Of a stretch of 64,000 nucleotides of DNA, positions 28,145 to 38,131 are shown piece after piece. Within the stretch, counting starts at the first letter, position 1. Each line of letters begins with the position of its first letter. The position numbers and the translations under genes were made by a program. This DNA is from Myxococcales bacterium (lineage in GTDB: Bacteria > Myxococcota_A > Polyangia > Polyangiales > DASUME01), in the NCBI GenBank assembly GCA_047601445.1, contig JASGJH010000001.1, positions 7,072,001-7,136,000 of the forward strand, read 5' to 3'. The notes below the pieces were generated by a model. That model searched no databases, was not told where the DNA came from, and worked only from the letters and a program-made list of their open reading frames with translations.

Positions 28145-28581
28145 CCTTCACCGAGAAGACCCCTTCGGGGCAAAGCGAATCCCTTTCGTTCGAGTTCGAC
28201 CTCAAGCATGCGCCGAGCAAGGTGTGGCGCGCGCTCACCGATCCGGAGTTGCTCACCGAGTGGCTCCTGCCCGTGATCGATTTCAAGCTGGAAGCCGGGG
28301 CGGCGTTCATGTTCAAGACGCAGCCGCAACCCGGTTGGGACGGCACGGTCAACTGCCAATTCAAGGAGATCGAGTCGCAGCGCAAGCTGAGCTGGTCCTG
28401 GGTCGTCGGCGACATCGACACGGTCGTCACATTCACGCTCACGCCCACTCCGTCGGGCACCCGGCTCTCGCTGGTGCAGTCGGGCTTCAAGCCGCACCAG
28501 AAGCAGAACTTCGGCGGTGCACGCTACGGCTGGAACATGATGGGCGAGAAGTTGCTCAACGTGCTCGCGAAGATTTCCTGA
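28141..28581 (+). CDS. SRPBCC/AHSA1-like ligand-binding protein
   Basis: KVWRALTDPELLTEWL, GTRLSLVQSGF, ARYGW; ATGA overlap with arsR. Confidence 0.9.
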   Translation: MTFTEKTPSGQSESLSFEFDLKHAPSKVWRALTDPELLTEWLLPVIDFKLEAGAAFMFKTQPQPGWDGTVNCQFKEIESQRKLSWSWVVGDIDTVVTFTLTPTPSGTRLSLVQSGFKPHQKQNFGGARYGWNMMGEKLLNVLAKIS

Positions 28582-28593
28582 GAGGAGGACCCT

Positions 28594-28827
28594 GTGAAAC
28601 TCACCAACTTCGTTCGTCAGAGCCATCGCTGGTTGTCCATTGCGTTCACGCTGGCCAGCATCGCCAACATCGTCGCCATGGTGGTGCAGGGACCCAACCA
28701 GGGGCCGTCCGCCCAGTGGCTCGGCTTCGTGGCGCTGCTCCCACTCGTGCTGCTACTCCTGAGCGGCCTCTACCTGTTCGTGTTGCCCTACACGGTCAAG
28801 CGCCGCGAACTGCAACCGGCGGAGTAG
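28594..28827 (+). CDS. Small two-TM membrane protein
   Basis: GAGGAGG RBS; RQSHRWLSIAFT...LLLSGLYLFVLPY. Confidence 0.8.
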   Translation: MKLTNFVRQSHRWLSIAFTLASIANIVAMVVQGPNQGPSAQWLGFVALLPLVLLLLSGLYLFVLPYTVKRRELQPAE

Positions 28828-28837
28828 GGGACGATTC

Positions 28838-31099
28838 GTGAGCTCTCCGTTCGGCAACATCGAGGTGCGCGGCGCGCGCGAGAACAACCTCAAGAACATC
28901 TCGCTCGATATCCCGCGCCGCAAGCTCACGGTCTTCACCGGCGTCTCGGGGAGCGGCAAGAGCTCACTGGTGTTCGATACCATCGCGGCGGAGTCACAGC
29001 GGCTCATCAACGAGACGTTCTCGACCTTCGTGCAGAACTTCCTGCCACGCTATGGTCAGCCGGACGCGGACGCGCTGCACAACCTGTCCACTGCCATCAT
29101 CGTCGACCAGCAACCTTTGGGCGGCAATCCGCGCTCTACACTCGGCACCGCCACCGACGTGTTCACCATGTTCCGCGTGCTGTTCGCGCGCGCGGGCTCG
29201 CCCAAGGTGCCCCATGCGCTCGCGCTGTCCTTCAACGATCCGCGCGGCATGTGTCCCGAGTGTGAGGGCCTCGCCCGCATGTCGAAGGTCGACGTCGACG
29301 CCCTGGTGGACAAGGACAAGTCGCTCGCCGAAGGCGCCATTGGCTTTCCCACCTTCAACGTCGACGGGTACTACTGGTCCATCTTCGCCAACTCCGGCTT
29401 CTTCGATGTGAAGAAAAAGTTGCGCGACTACACCCAGGCCGAGTGGGACAAGTTTCTCTACTTCGACGACCCCAAGGTCAAGGTCAAGTCGATCGGCAAC
29501 ATGAAGAGTCCCTACGAGGGGCTCGTGGTCAAGTTCAAGCGCGTCTACCTGGGCAAGGACGCGGAGAAGATGCCTGCTGCGCTGCGTGATGTGTTCGAGC
29601 GCATCGTCACGCGCTGCCCCTGCGAGGCCTGCGGGGGCACGCGCCTCAGCGAGCTTGCGCGCGGGTGCAAGGTCGGTGAGTACAGCATCGCGGATGTGTC
29701 TGCGCTGCCGATCGTGGAGTTGCTCGCCTGGACGCGAAAACTCGAGCTTCCGGCGGTGGCTCCGCTGGTGGCCCGCATCGTCGAACGGCTCGAGCACCTG
29801 GTCGCCATCGGCCTCGGTTACCTGACCTTGAGCCGCGCCACGGCCAGCCTCTCCGGCGGCGAATCGCAGCGCGTGAAGATGGTGCGCCACCTGGGTGCCG
29901 CGCTCACCGAGATGGTCTACATCTTCGACGAGCCGACGATCGGGCTCCACCCCCATGACATCGAGCGCCTGAAGGGCGTGCTCTGCATGCTGCGCGACAA
30001 GGGCAACACGGTGCTGGTGGTCGAGCACAAGCCCGAGGTGATGGCCATCGCCGACCACATCGTCGACATGGGCCCGGGCGCCGGCAAGGCGGGCGGGAAC
30101 GTGGTCTTCCAGGGGCCGTTCGAGGCGCTGAAAGCGTCCGGTACCAAGACCGGGGATCACCTTGCGCTGCGCGCCGCGCTGAAGACCGACTATCGCCGAG
30201 CGAAGGGGCACCTCCTGATCGAGAACGCCACGCTCAACAACCTGCGCAACGTGAACGTGAAGGTTCCCCGTGGGGTTTTGACCGCGGTCACCGGCGTGGC
30301 GGGCAGCGGCAAGAGCTCGCTGATCCACGGCTGCCTGGTTCCGCGCTACCCGGACGCCGTGGTGGTCGATCAGGCGCTCACGCCCGGCTCACGGCGCAGC
30401 AATTTGGCCACCTACTCGGGCATGGCGGACGCGATTCGCAAGGCCTTCGCGAACGCGAACAAGGTGCAGCCCGCGCTGTTCAGTTCCAACTCCAAGGGCG
30501 CCTGTCCCGCGTGCGAGGGGCTCGGTGTCACGTACACCGATCTGCAGCACATGGACCCGGTGGCCACGCGCTGCGAGGCCTGCGAAGGGCGCTGCTTCAC
30601 CGACGAGGTCCTGGCGCTCACCCTGCGGGGGAAGAACATCAACGACGTGCTCGGCTTCTCGGTGCGCGAAGCGCTCGAGTATTTCGTCGAGAAGCCCGTG
30701 CTGGCCACGCTGCGCACGCTTTCGGACGTGGGGCTCGGGTATCTGGCGCTGGGGCAGCGCTTGAACACCCTATCGGGTGGGGAGCGACAGCGGCTCAAGC
30801 TCGCCGAGGAGCTCGGCAAGCCGTCGGAGATCGTGGTGCTCGACGAGCCCACGACCGGACTTCACATGGCCGACGTGGCGGGCCTGATCGGGCTGCTCGA
30901 TCGCATGGTCGACAACGGCTCCACCGTGATCGTGATCGAGCACAACCTGGACGTGGTGGCGCGTGCGGACTGGGTGCTCGACGTGGGGCCGGGCGCTGGC
31001 AACGAAGGCGGGAGCATCGTCTTCGAGGGGGTGCCTTCCGAGCTGGTGAAGCAGGCGGCCTCGGTCACGGGCCAGCACCTCTCGCGACGGATGCCATGA
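28838..31099 (+). CDS. UvrA-like (class II, DrrC-type) ABC ATPase
   Basis: [18 protein letters not shown], CxxC zinc motifs, LSGGESQR, second [17 protein letters not shown]; at 753 aa shorter than canonical UvrA. Confidence 0.9.
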   Translation: MSSPFGNIEVRGARENNLKNISLDIPRRKLTVFTGVSGSGKSSLVFDTIAAESQRLINETFSTFVQNFLPRYGQPDADALHNLSTAIIVDQQPLGGNPRSTLGTATDVFTMFRVLFARAGSPKVPHALALSFNDPRGMCPECEGLARMSKVDVDALVDKDKSLAEGAIGFPTFNVDGYYWSIFANSGFFDVKKKLRDYTQAEWDKFLYFDDPKVKVKSIGNMKSPYEGLVVKFKRVYLGKDAEKMPAALRDVFERIVTRCPCEACGGTRLSELARGCKVGEYSIADVSALPIVELLAWTRKLELPAVAPLVARIVERLEHLVAIGLGYLTLSRATASLSGGESQRVKMVRHLGAALTEMVYIFDEPTIGLHPHDIERLKGVLCMLRDKGNTVLVVEHKPEVMAIADHIVDMGPGAGKAGGNVVFQGPFEALKASGTKTGDHLALRAALKTDYRRAKGHLLIENATLNNLRNVNVKVPRGVLTAVTGVAGSGKSSLIHGCLVPRYPDAVVVDQALTPGSRRSNLATYSGMADAIRKAFANANKVQPALFSSNSKGACPACEGLGVTYTDLQHMDPVATRCEACEGRCFTDEVLALTLRGKNINDVLGFSVREALEYFVEKPVLATLRTLSDVGLGYLALGQRLNTLSGGERQRLKLAEELGKPSEIVVLDEPTTGLHMADVAGLIGLLDRMVDNGSTVIVIEHNLDVVARADWVLDVGPGAGNEGGSIVFEGVPSELVKQAASVTGQHLSRRMP

Positions 31100-31247
31100 G
31101 AAACGCCCCCGGGCAGTTCATCCCCGTCATGGGGTGAGCCCGATTACACTCTGATGGGCTGCTTCCTCCGAGCTCGCTCGCTGAAAATCGCGTCTTCCCT
31201 GACTTTCCAAAGCTCGATCGAGCCCGGAAACCGCCTATCCTCCCGCC

Positions 31248-31970
31248 ATGGCAGAGATCCAGATTCGCCCCTATCGCCCTGAAGACCGTCCCGCCATCCG
31301 GGCCATCTGCTTCGACACGGGCTTGCAGGGAGAGAGCATCGCGTCGCAATACGCGGATCGCGAGAGCTTCGCCGACATGTTCACCGCGCACTTCACCGAC
31401 AACGAGCCGGAGCTCGTGGTGGTGGCCGAACTCGAGGGCCGCGTGATCGGGTACATGTGCGCTGCGCTGGACGTCTCGAAGGCCCGCTCCCCCGAGAGCT
31501 ACGCGCTCAAGCAGGTTTTCACGCGCGGGGTGTGTTTTCGGCCTGGCACCGCGGGCTTCTATTGGCGATCGGCCTTCGACGTGATCGGGGGCGCCTTCAG
31601 CAGCAAGAGCAAACCCAAGCTCGACTACAAACGCTTCCCGTCCACCAACCACATCAACCTGCTGGCCGAAGCGCGCGGGGGTGGCACGGCCTTCGATCTC
31701 TTCTTCACCGCGGTGGATGGCCTCAAGGAGCGTGGCTCGCCCGGCATGCACGCCGAGGCGCTGGCTTCGAACAAGGCCGTCGCGGAGTTCATCACGCGCA
31801 AGCTCGGCGGTGAGAAGTTCGGTGATCCCTATCTCTTGCCCGGACTGCGGGACAAGGACGGGGGTCGCATCGAAGCGCAGATGTTCGTGCTCGATCTGGC
31901 CAACTACAAGGTCGGCGACTGGAAGCGAATCAAGGCGGAGCGCGCTGCCAAGGCGCGCGCGGCCCGCTGA
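31248..31970 (+). CDS. GNAT-family N-acetyltransferase
   Basis: IRPYRPEDRPAIRAIC, VVAELEGRVIGY, HINLLAEARGGG. Confidence 0.82.
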   Translation: MAEIQIRPYRPEDRPAIRAICFDTGLQGESIASQYADRESFADMFTAHFTDNEPELVVVAELEGRVIGYMCAALDVSKARSPESYALKQVFTRGVCFRPGTAGFYWRSAFDVIGGAFSSKSKPKLDYKRFPSTNHINLLAEARGGGTAFDLFFTAVDGLKERGSPGMHAEALASNKAVAEFITRKLGGEKFGDPYLLPGLRDKDGGRIEAQMFVLDLANYKVGDWKRIKAERAAKARAAR

Positions 31971-32037
31971 GCGCCGGCGCCGCTGGGGACGCGCGACCTG
32001 GACCCTAGTTGGGGCCCCGATCGCGCCGTCGCCGCAA

Positions 32038-32220
32038 TCAGCGTGTGCTCGAGGCGTGGCTGGGCGGAGTGTCGCAGCAACCGCTCCCGCACTGGCACAC
32101 GTCGCCGCAGGGGCATTCGGGACCGCAGCCGCAGCCCTGGGCCTTGGTGCTCCCTGCGCGCTCGCGCGCCACCGACTTGGAGGCACTCCCGCAACCGCAA
32201 CCGAGTTGTTCCTTCGTCAT
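32038..32220 (-). CDS. Metallothionein-like Cys-rich peptide (60 aa, 10 Cys)
   Basis: AAAGGAGA RBS; GCGCG...GCGCGPECPCGDVCQCGSGCC; ECF-type promoter upstream. Confidence 0.7.
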   Translation of the reverse strand: MTKEQLGCGCGSASKSVARERAGSTKAQGCGCGPECPCGDVCQCGSGCCDTPPSHASSTR

Positions 32221-32268
32221 CGTCGTTCTCCTTTTTGGCCATCCTGTGTGGCTGGCTTCGTAGGGGAA

Positions 32269-32295
32269 GACGGGTGCAAGGACCGCGTTCTTACA
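32269..32295 (-). promoter_or_regulatory. ECF-type promoter for the metallothionein-like gene
   Basis: Minus strand TGTAAGA-N16-CGTC, resembling the ECF41-type TGTCACA-N16-CGTC consensus. Confidence 0.5.
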
Positions 32296-32585
32296 GCCGG
32301 GGAGAATTTCGAGTGCTGCTCCAGGGGCCGGTGCCCGGGCTCACCCTAAGTTTTCGCGAGCAGGCTTCACCGTGACGACCGGCTGGAGGCTCTGGATCTC
32401 GTGCGTTCCAGAGAGTTACCCTTGGGTAGTGGGCCGCGTGGCGGTCCGATGATGGTGCGGCCACCAACCTTTCCTGGGTGGCCGGTGTCGCTCGGTTGGC
32501 CAATTGTGGCCGGTGGCGCTTTCAGCACATGTAAAGACCCGTGCTGTCAGCGACATAAGGCAGCGAATTCGTGAGGATGATGGTG

Positions 32586-32978
32586 ATGAGCTCGCTTTCT
32601 TCGACCTTTCGCTCCCGGTTCGGCCTCGCTGTGCTCTTCGCGTGCCTGATCTCGTGCGCCAAGCCCTATGACGGCACCGACGGTGGCAGCGACATGTCCC
32701 ACGGCGACGGGGGCGATGGCGATGGCGACGGGGATGGCGACGGGGACGGCGATGGCGATGGTGACCTGCCCCCGGGCGACGGCGATGGAGACCTGCCCCC
32801 AGGCGACGGCGATGGGGACGTGACCCCGGGCGACGGAGACAGCGGCACCGTGGGCGATGGCGACGGCGATGTCAGCGGCGACGGCGGCATGTGCTCGCGC
32901 GCCTGCACGTCGATCTTCAACTGCGACGTCTTCGGACCTTGCAAGCACTCCGCGTGCACCAACGGCATGTGCATGTAG
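32586..32978 (+). CDS. Small lipoprotein with GDGDG repeats and Cys-rich C-terminal module
   Basis: Lipobox LISC; (GD)n linker; CSRACTSIFNCDVFGPCKHSACTNGMCM. Confidence 0.75.
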   Translation: MSSLSSTFRSRFGLAVLFACLISCAKPYDGTDGGSDMSHGDGGDGDGDGDGDGDGDGDGDLPPGDGDGDLPPGDGDGDVTPGDGDSGTVGDGDGDVSGDGGMCSRACTSIFNCDVFGPCKHSACTNGMCM

Positions 32979-33020
32979 TGCTGCACGAGGCGCTCAACCG
33001 GGCCCCTCGAGCGACCGCAC

Positions 33021-33830
33021 TCAGCGCAGCGCCTTGAGCAAGGCGCGCGCTTCGACCTGCCGGTATGCACCCTGCTCGCCACGGGAGATGGGCAGAAGCG
33101 CTTCGCGCGCCCCAGCGTGATCGCCAAGGCGCAGCAGACAGAGCGCGCGGTTGTAGCGAGCTTCCACCGCAAGCGGCGCTTCGGGCCAGCGCAGATAGCG
33201 GTTCCAGGCTTCCAGCGCGGCCCCGTAGTCGCGGGCTACGAAATGCAGTCGGTGGGCCTCGCGATAAAGCGCTTCGTGCGAGGGCGGAGGTCGCGCGGCG
33301 GGCTCGCTCGCGTCGAGCGCACGCGGCGTCTCCGCACGGGGGCGATGAGCCCGGTGGGAGCGCGCGGGAACACCGCGTGCGCTGCTCGCTCGTGTAGGTA
33401 CCGTGCCGCTGGCGGACTCCTCCGCTTGCGGCGAGACGGTGGACGCGGCGGTAGGTGTGGAAGCCGAGCGAGGGGAGGGCTCGCTGGACAGATCCTGCCG
33501 CCGCGTCGTGTCGGCGCGACGCTCGGGTGCCCGCGGGGCATGTGCGGGCGCCGCCGGGTGGGACGAGAGCCAGCGTCTGAACACTGTGGGGACCCCGAAG
33601 AAGGCTGCGTAGGCCGTGGCCGAGAGCAGAAAGCCCAGTAGCAGTACCGCTGCGGCCTGACTGCTGTAGTAGCGACGCGGGAGGCGCGCGAGCGCGCTGG
33701 CCAGCCGGCGCGGGCGTGGCTGGTCGAGCTGGGCCGCGATGCGTTCGAAGGTCTGCGCGGCATCCGTGGCGTCGGCGCGCGTGGCGCGCAGCGCGAGGAT
33801 GGCTTCGTCGAGTGATGTCTGCCCATTCAT
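33021..33830 (-). CDS. Putative anti-sigma factor (TM + Pro-rich linker + TPR-like C-terminus)
   Basis: Overlaps the ECF sigma stop; one TM segment; LYREAHRLHF..ALEAWNRYL..EARYNRALCL. Confidence 0.75.
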   Translation of the reverse strand: MNGQTSLDEAILALRATRADATDAAQTFERIAAQLDQPRPRRLASALARLPRRYYSSQAAAVLLLGFLLSATAYAAFFGVPTVFRRWLSSHPAAPAHAPRAPERRADTTRRQDLSSEPSPRSASTPTAASTVSPQAEESASGTVPTRASSARGVPARSHRAHRPRAETPRALDASEPAARPPPSHEALYREAHRLHFVARDYGAALEAWNRYLRWPEAPLAVEARYNRALCLLRLGDHAGAREALLPISRGEQGAYRQVEARALLKALR

Positions 33831-34420
33831 GGCGCACCTCCCAGGAGTTCGCCCAGCCGCTTGCGCGCATGGAACACCCGCGTGCGCACGGTGGCCGCGG
33901 GGATCTCGAGGATGCGCGCGGCCTCTTCCGAAGAGAGCTCTTCGACTTCGCACAGCACGAACGCGGCGCGTTGGGCCAGCGGCAGTACGTCGAGGGCCGC
34001 GCTCAGTCGGCGCGCGAGCTCACGGCGCCGGATTTCCTCGGGCAGGAAGCGCCCCTGGCGCTCCGTCTCTTGCGCCAGGCGCATCATCGCGCGTCGACGC
34101 CGGGTGGCGGCGCGCAGGTGACGCTGACAGCGGTGCACTGCGATGGCGCGCAGGAAGGTGAGCAGAGAGCACTCGCCGCGGTAGCGCGAGAGGTCCCGTC
34201 CGAGTTCGACGAACACATCGTGCACGAGGTCCTCTGCCGCGCTGGAGTCACCAAGCAAGCGCCAGCAGAAGTCGCGCAGGGCCACGTGGTGCTCGGTGTA
34301 CAGCTCCGCCAGGGCCGCCCGGTCTCCGCGCGCCGCGCGCGCGAGGCGCACGTCGGCACGCTGCGAGCCGTTTTCGGTCGCGAGCGAGAGGTTGAGGGTA
34401 TCGGAGATCCCGTCACGCAT
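33827..34420 (-). CDS. ECF sigma-70 factor
   Basis: GDRAALAELY, AEDLVHDVF, RAAFVLCEVEELSSEEAARILEIPAATVRTRVFHAR. Confidence 0.93.
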   Translation of the reverse strand: MRDGISDTLNLSLATENGSQRADVRLARAARGDRAALAELYTEHHVALRDFCWRLLGDSSAAEDLVHDVFVELGRDLSRYRGECSLLTFLRAIAVHRCQRHLRAATRRRRAMMRLAQETERQGRFLPEEIRRRELARRLSAALDVLPLAQRAAFVLCEVEELSSEEAARILEIPAATVRTRVFHARKRLGELLGGAP

Positions 34421-35523
34421 CAGAAGCCCATCGCATAGCCGAGTTGAATCGAGCCGCCAAAGCCGGGGCTGACGTAGTCTCTGTCGCCCGCCGGGATCTC
34501 GAACTCGCTCGGCAGGACGTCCCAGGCACCACGCAAGAGCAGTGTGCGCCGCGCGCGCAGCCGCAGACCCGCCGTGAAGCGGACGCCCACGAGCAGAGCT
34601 GCGTTGCTGCCCGAGATGCGTCCAGCGTCGGCCGGCGTGCCTGCCATGGCGAAGCCTGCCCGGGCCCCGAGCTGCAGATACCCCTGCTCGCGCCGCAACA
34701 GATCCACGTCCAGGGAGAGCGGCACGGCGAAGGTCATCAAGGTGCGCATGTGCCAATCGCTGGTGTTCGGGGTGACAAGTCCCGCGCTGCCTCCCTGGGC
34801 GCTCAACGTGAAAAAAGGGGGGCTTTTCGCATTGGCCCGTCCTGCTGAACCGTCCACGGCCAAGCCGAGCTCGATGCGCCCAAACCGCCGAGAGACCTGC
34901 AGTGTCAGCACGCCATACAGGAGCGGATGAGCGCCGCCTCCGGCCAACAGTGTCACGGCCCACGGCGCTTCGGCTTGCTCGGCGGCGAGATTGGGCAAGG
35001 CCGCAGCGGGTAGCGTCGACGGTGACGGCTTGGGTGGCGGGGCGGCTGCCGCGGGTACGGCGCTCGCTGCGGGCTCGTGTAGATCGGCCAGTAGCTGGGA
35101 CGCCTCGTCGCGTACCATGTTGGAGGCCAGCTGGGCCACCAGCTCAGGCACGGGCGTGGACGCGGTGAGGGCCGCGCTGCGCGTCATCCGCCGCCGCTCC
35201 GGCTGGTAGGTCAGCTCCAGGTCACCTCCAGCGCCAATCCCGACGCCGAGCGTGGGCGCCGCCGCCGATCCACTCTCCGCGATCGACATGCCGAGCTCGC
35301 GGGCAAGCGCCTGGCGGATGGCCGCCTGGTCCAGCGGGGCTGCAGAAGGTTCGAAGGTCACCACCAGTTGCCCGGGCAGCTCCGAGATCTCTGCGCGCGC
35401 GGTGGCGCCCCACAGGGCCGCCACGAGCCACCAACACGCGGCCAGCACCTGGAGACCGCGCGCCCAGGGCTGCACGCATCTCGAAGGTAGGCGGCGTAGA
35501 AATAGGGGGGCCTCGAGCTTCAT
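34420..35523 (-). CDS. Hypothetical exported protein with probable C-terminal beta-barrel
   Basis: Signal-like WWLVAALWGATARA; Pro/Ala linker; alternating beta strands ending in F; coupled to the ECF gene. Confidence 0.7.
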   Translation of the reverse strand: MKLEAPLFLRRLPSRCVQPWARGLQVLAACWWLVAALWGATARAEISELPGQLVVTFEPSAAPLDQAAIRQALARELGMSIAESGSAAAPTLGVGIGAGGDLELTYQPERRRMTRSAALTASTPVPELVAQLASNMVRDEASQLLADLHEPAASAVPAAAAPPPKPSPSTLPAAALPNLAAEQAEAPWAVTLLAGGGAHPLLYGVLTLQVSRRFGRIELGLAVDGSAGRANAKSPPFFTLSAQGGSAGLVTPNTSDWHMRTLMTFAVPLSLDVDLLRREQGYLQLGARAGFAMAGTPADAGRISGSNAALLVGVRFTAGLRLRARRTLLLRGAWDVLPSEFEIPAGDRDYVSPGFGGSIQLGYAMGF

Positions 35524-35635
35524 CGCAAGCGTAGTCTCCGTAGCCCCCAGGGTTGTTCATTCGTCCGCCACGAAAAACGCGCTTTCACCCCGGCCGCACC
35601 AGCCCCGACCAGGCCTGCGCTAAGCTGCTGGCCCG

Positions 35636-36196
35636 ATGTCCGCCACGTTGTCCATGCTTCGCGCCGCCCTGCTCGATCCGCCGTCGAACGCCGACTTGCA
35701 GGCACCCGTGCGCACGCCCACGCGCGCCTGGCCCTGGCTCTGCGACAGCCTCGGGCACGTGAACAACGTGCGCTACCTCGACGTGGCCCAGGACGGGCGC
35801 ATCTGGTGGCTGGCTCGGATGGGACTCCTGCGCGGCGTCCTGCGCGGGCGCCTGTCGTTCCTGGTCGCGGGGATGAGCGGGCTCTATCGACGTGCCATTC
35901 CGCGCATGGAACCGTTCACCGTCGAGACCAGACTCGTCGCCTTCGATCAGCGCTTCGTGTGTTACTTGCAGACGTTTACGCTCTCGCACGCTCCGCAAGG
36001 CCAAGTTGCGGCGCGCTTCCTGTGTCGAGGCCAGCTGCGCGACGCACAGGGAGCGCTCGAACCCGCGGCCTGCATGAGACGCTTCGGCCTGGAGCTCCCC
36101 GCCTTGCCCGAGCCGCCGCCCGACGTCACCGCGTGGCTCGCCGCGCAGGACGCCGCCCTCGACGAAGTGCGCGCCCAGGATCGCCAGCGGGGCTGA
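35636..36196 (+). CDS. Thioesterase (4HBT/hot-dog fold)
   Basis: CDSLGHVNNVRYLD motif. Confidence 0.85.
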   Translation: MSATLSMLRAALLDPPSNADLQAPVRTPTRAWPWLCDSLGHVNNVRYLDVAQDGRIWWLARMGLLRGVLRGRLSFLVAGMSGLYRRAIPRMEPFTVETRLVAFDQRFVCYLQTFTLSHAPQGQVAARFLCRGQLRDAQGALEPAACMRRFGLELPALPEPPPDVTAWLAAQDAALDEVRAQDRQRG

Positions 36197-36205
36197 CCTT
36201 ACCCC

Positions 36206-36221
36206 GGGCAAGAGACTTGCA
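36206..36221 (+). promoter_or_regulatory. sigma54-like promoter upstream of GH15
   Basis: GGGCAAG-AGAC-TTGCA (GG-N10-GC). Confidence 0.5.
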
Positions 36222-36323
36222 TGAGTCCCCTGCCATGTCCTCGTTGGCCGCCGATTTGGGCCGAGAACCGCCTCACCGTGGCGAAGCGCCCCACGGCGAC
36301 TCCGTGCGCGCGGGGAGGTTCGC

Positions 36324-38117
36324 ATGAGCTTGCCGCTCGAGGACTACGCGCTGATCGGCGACTTGCATACGGCGGCCCTGGTGGGCAGAAACGGCTCCAT
36401 CGATTGGCTGTGTTTTCCGCGCTTCGACGGGGTCGCTTGCTTCGCGAAGCTGCTCGGCGACGAACACAACGGCTACTTCGTCATCGCGCCCGATGACACG
36501 AGCGCGCGCGTGAGCCGCCGCTACAGCCCGGAAACGCTGGTGCTTGAGACGGAGTTCGAGACCGACACGGGCGTGGTGCGCGTGATCGACTTCATGCCGC
36601 CGCGTACGCGCTCCCCAGACCTCGTGCGCCTCGTGGTGGGCGTGGCCGGGCGCGTGCCCATGCGACTCACCTGTGCTCCGCGCTTCGACTACGGGGAAGT
36701 GACGCCATGGATCATCAGCGCGGGCCGCGACGTTCACAAGATGGTGGCGGGCCCCCATTGCCTCGAGCTGCGTGCCCCGTATCCACTCGAGCTCCACGAC
36801 GGCGCCTTGCACGCGACCTTCGACATCTCGGCGGGCCAACGCAGCCCCTTCGTGCTCACCTGGTATCCCTCGCACCAGAACGCTCCCAAGCCCATCGAGC
36901 CCGAAAAAGAGCTCGATCACACCATCGATTTTTGGACGCAGTGGGTGAAGCGCTGCACCTATCACGGGCCCTACCGCGACGCAGTCGTGCGTTCCCTGAT
37001 CACGCTCAAGGCCATGACCTATCAGCCCACGGGAGGCGTGGTGGCCGCCGTGACCACCTCGCTGCCCGAGCAATGGCAGGGGCCTCGCAACTGGGACTAC
37101 CGCTTCTGTTGGCTGCGCGATGCGACCTTCACGCTCTACGCGCTGCTCACGGCGGGGTATGAAGACGAGGCGCGCGCCTGGCGTGACTGGCTCCTGCGCG
37201 CCGTGGCGGGGGAGCCCTCCAAGCTGCAGATCATGTACGGGCTCGCCGGCGAGCGCAGGTTGACCGAGGAGACGCTCGACTGGCTGCCCGGCTACGAAGG
37301 CGCGAAGCCCGTGCGCATCGGGAACGCTGCTCATTCCCAGTTCCAGCTCGACGTCTTCGGCGAAGTGATGGACATGCTGCACGGCGCGGCCCGCGCTGGC
37401 GTCGTGCCGGATCACGACGAGTGGGCGCTCGAGAGAGAGCTCCTGTGTGAGCTCGAAACGCGCTGGCGCGAGCCCGACGACGGAATCTGGGAGATGCGCG
37501 GAGGGCCCAGGCACTTCACTCACTCCAAGGTCATGGCCTGGGTGGCCTTCGACCGCGGTATCAAGACGGCCGAGCGCTTCGGGCTCCATGCGCCCCTCGC
37601 CGAGTGGCACGCGACGCGTCGGACCATCCACGACGACGTCTGCGCACGCGCGTACAATCCGCACAAGCAAGCGTTCACGCAGGTCTACGGGGGGCACGAA
37701 CTCGACGCGAGCTTGCTCGCGATGCCGCACCTTGGGTTCCTGCCCGCAACCGATCCACGTGTTCGCTCGACCGTCGAGGCCATCGCCAGGGAGCTCACCG
37801 TCGATGGCTTCGTGCTTCGCTACAACACCGAGCGCGTCGGCGACGGCTTACCGCCTGGCGAGGGGACCTTCCTCCTGTGCACCTTCTGGCTGGCGGACGA
37901 CCTGGCCCTGCTGGGGGAATATGGGCAGGCGACCGAGCTCTTCGAACGCTTGCTCTCCCTGCGCAACGACCTGGGCCTCCTCTCGGAGCAGTATGATCCG
38001 CGGACGCGACGCCTCCTGGGAAACTTCCCACAGGCTTTCTCGCACGTGGCCCTGGTCAATACCGCCTTCAACCTGAGCTCCATCGACGGACCGGCTCGCG
38101 ATCGATCCAAACACTGA
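36324..38117 (+). CDS. Glycoside hydrolase family 15 (glucoamylase/trehalase-like)
   Basis: EDYALIGD, TTSLPE, RNWDYRFCWLRD, QLDVFGE, DGIWE, LLSEQYD, GNFPQAFSH. Confidence 0.95.
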   Translation: MSLPLEDYALIGDLHTAALVGRNGSIDWLCFPRFDGVACFAKLLGDEHNGYFVIAPDDTSARVSRRYSPETLVLETEFETDTGVVRVIDFMPPRTRSPDLVRLVVGVAGRVPMRLTCAPRFDYGEVTPWIISAGRDVHKMVAGPHCLELRAPYPLELHDGALHATFDISAGQRSPFVLTWYPSHQNAPKPIEPEKELDHTIDFWTQWVKRCTYHGPYRDAVVRSLITLKAMTYQPTGGVVAAVTTSLPEQWQGPRNWDYRFCWLRDATFTLYALLTAGYEDEARAWRDWLLRAVAGEPSKLQIMYGLAGERRLTEETLDWLPGYEGAKPVRIGNAAHSQFQLDVFGEVMDMLHGAARAGVVPDHDEWALERELLCELETRWREPDDGIWEMRGGPRHFTHSKVMAWVAFDRGIKTAERFGLHAPLAEWHATRRTIHDDVCARAYNPHKQAFTQVYGGHELDASLLAMPHLGFLPATDPRVRSTVEAIARELTVDGFVLRYNTERVGDGLPPGEGTFLLCTFWLADDLALLGEYGQATELFERLLSLRNDLGLLSEQYDPRTRRLLGNFPQAFSHVALVNTAFNLSSIDGPARDRSKH

Positions 38118-38131
38118 GCTAGTCTTCTGCC

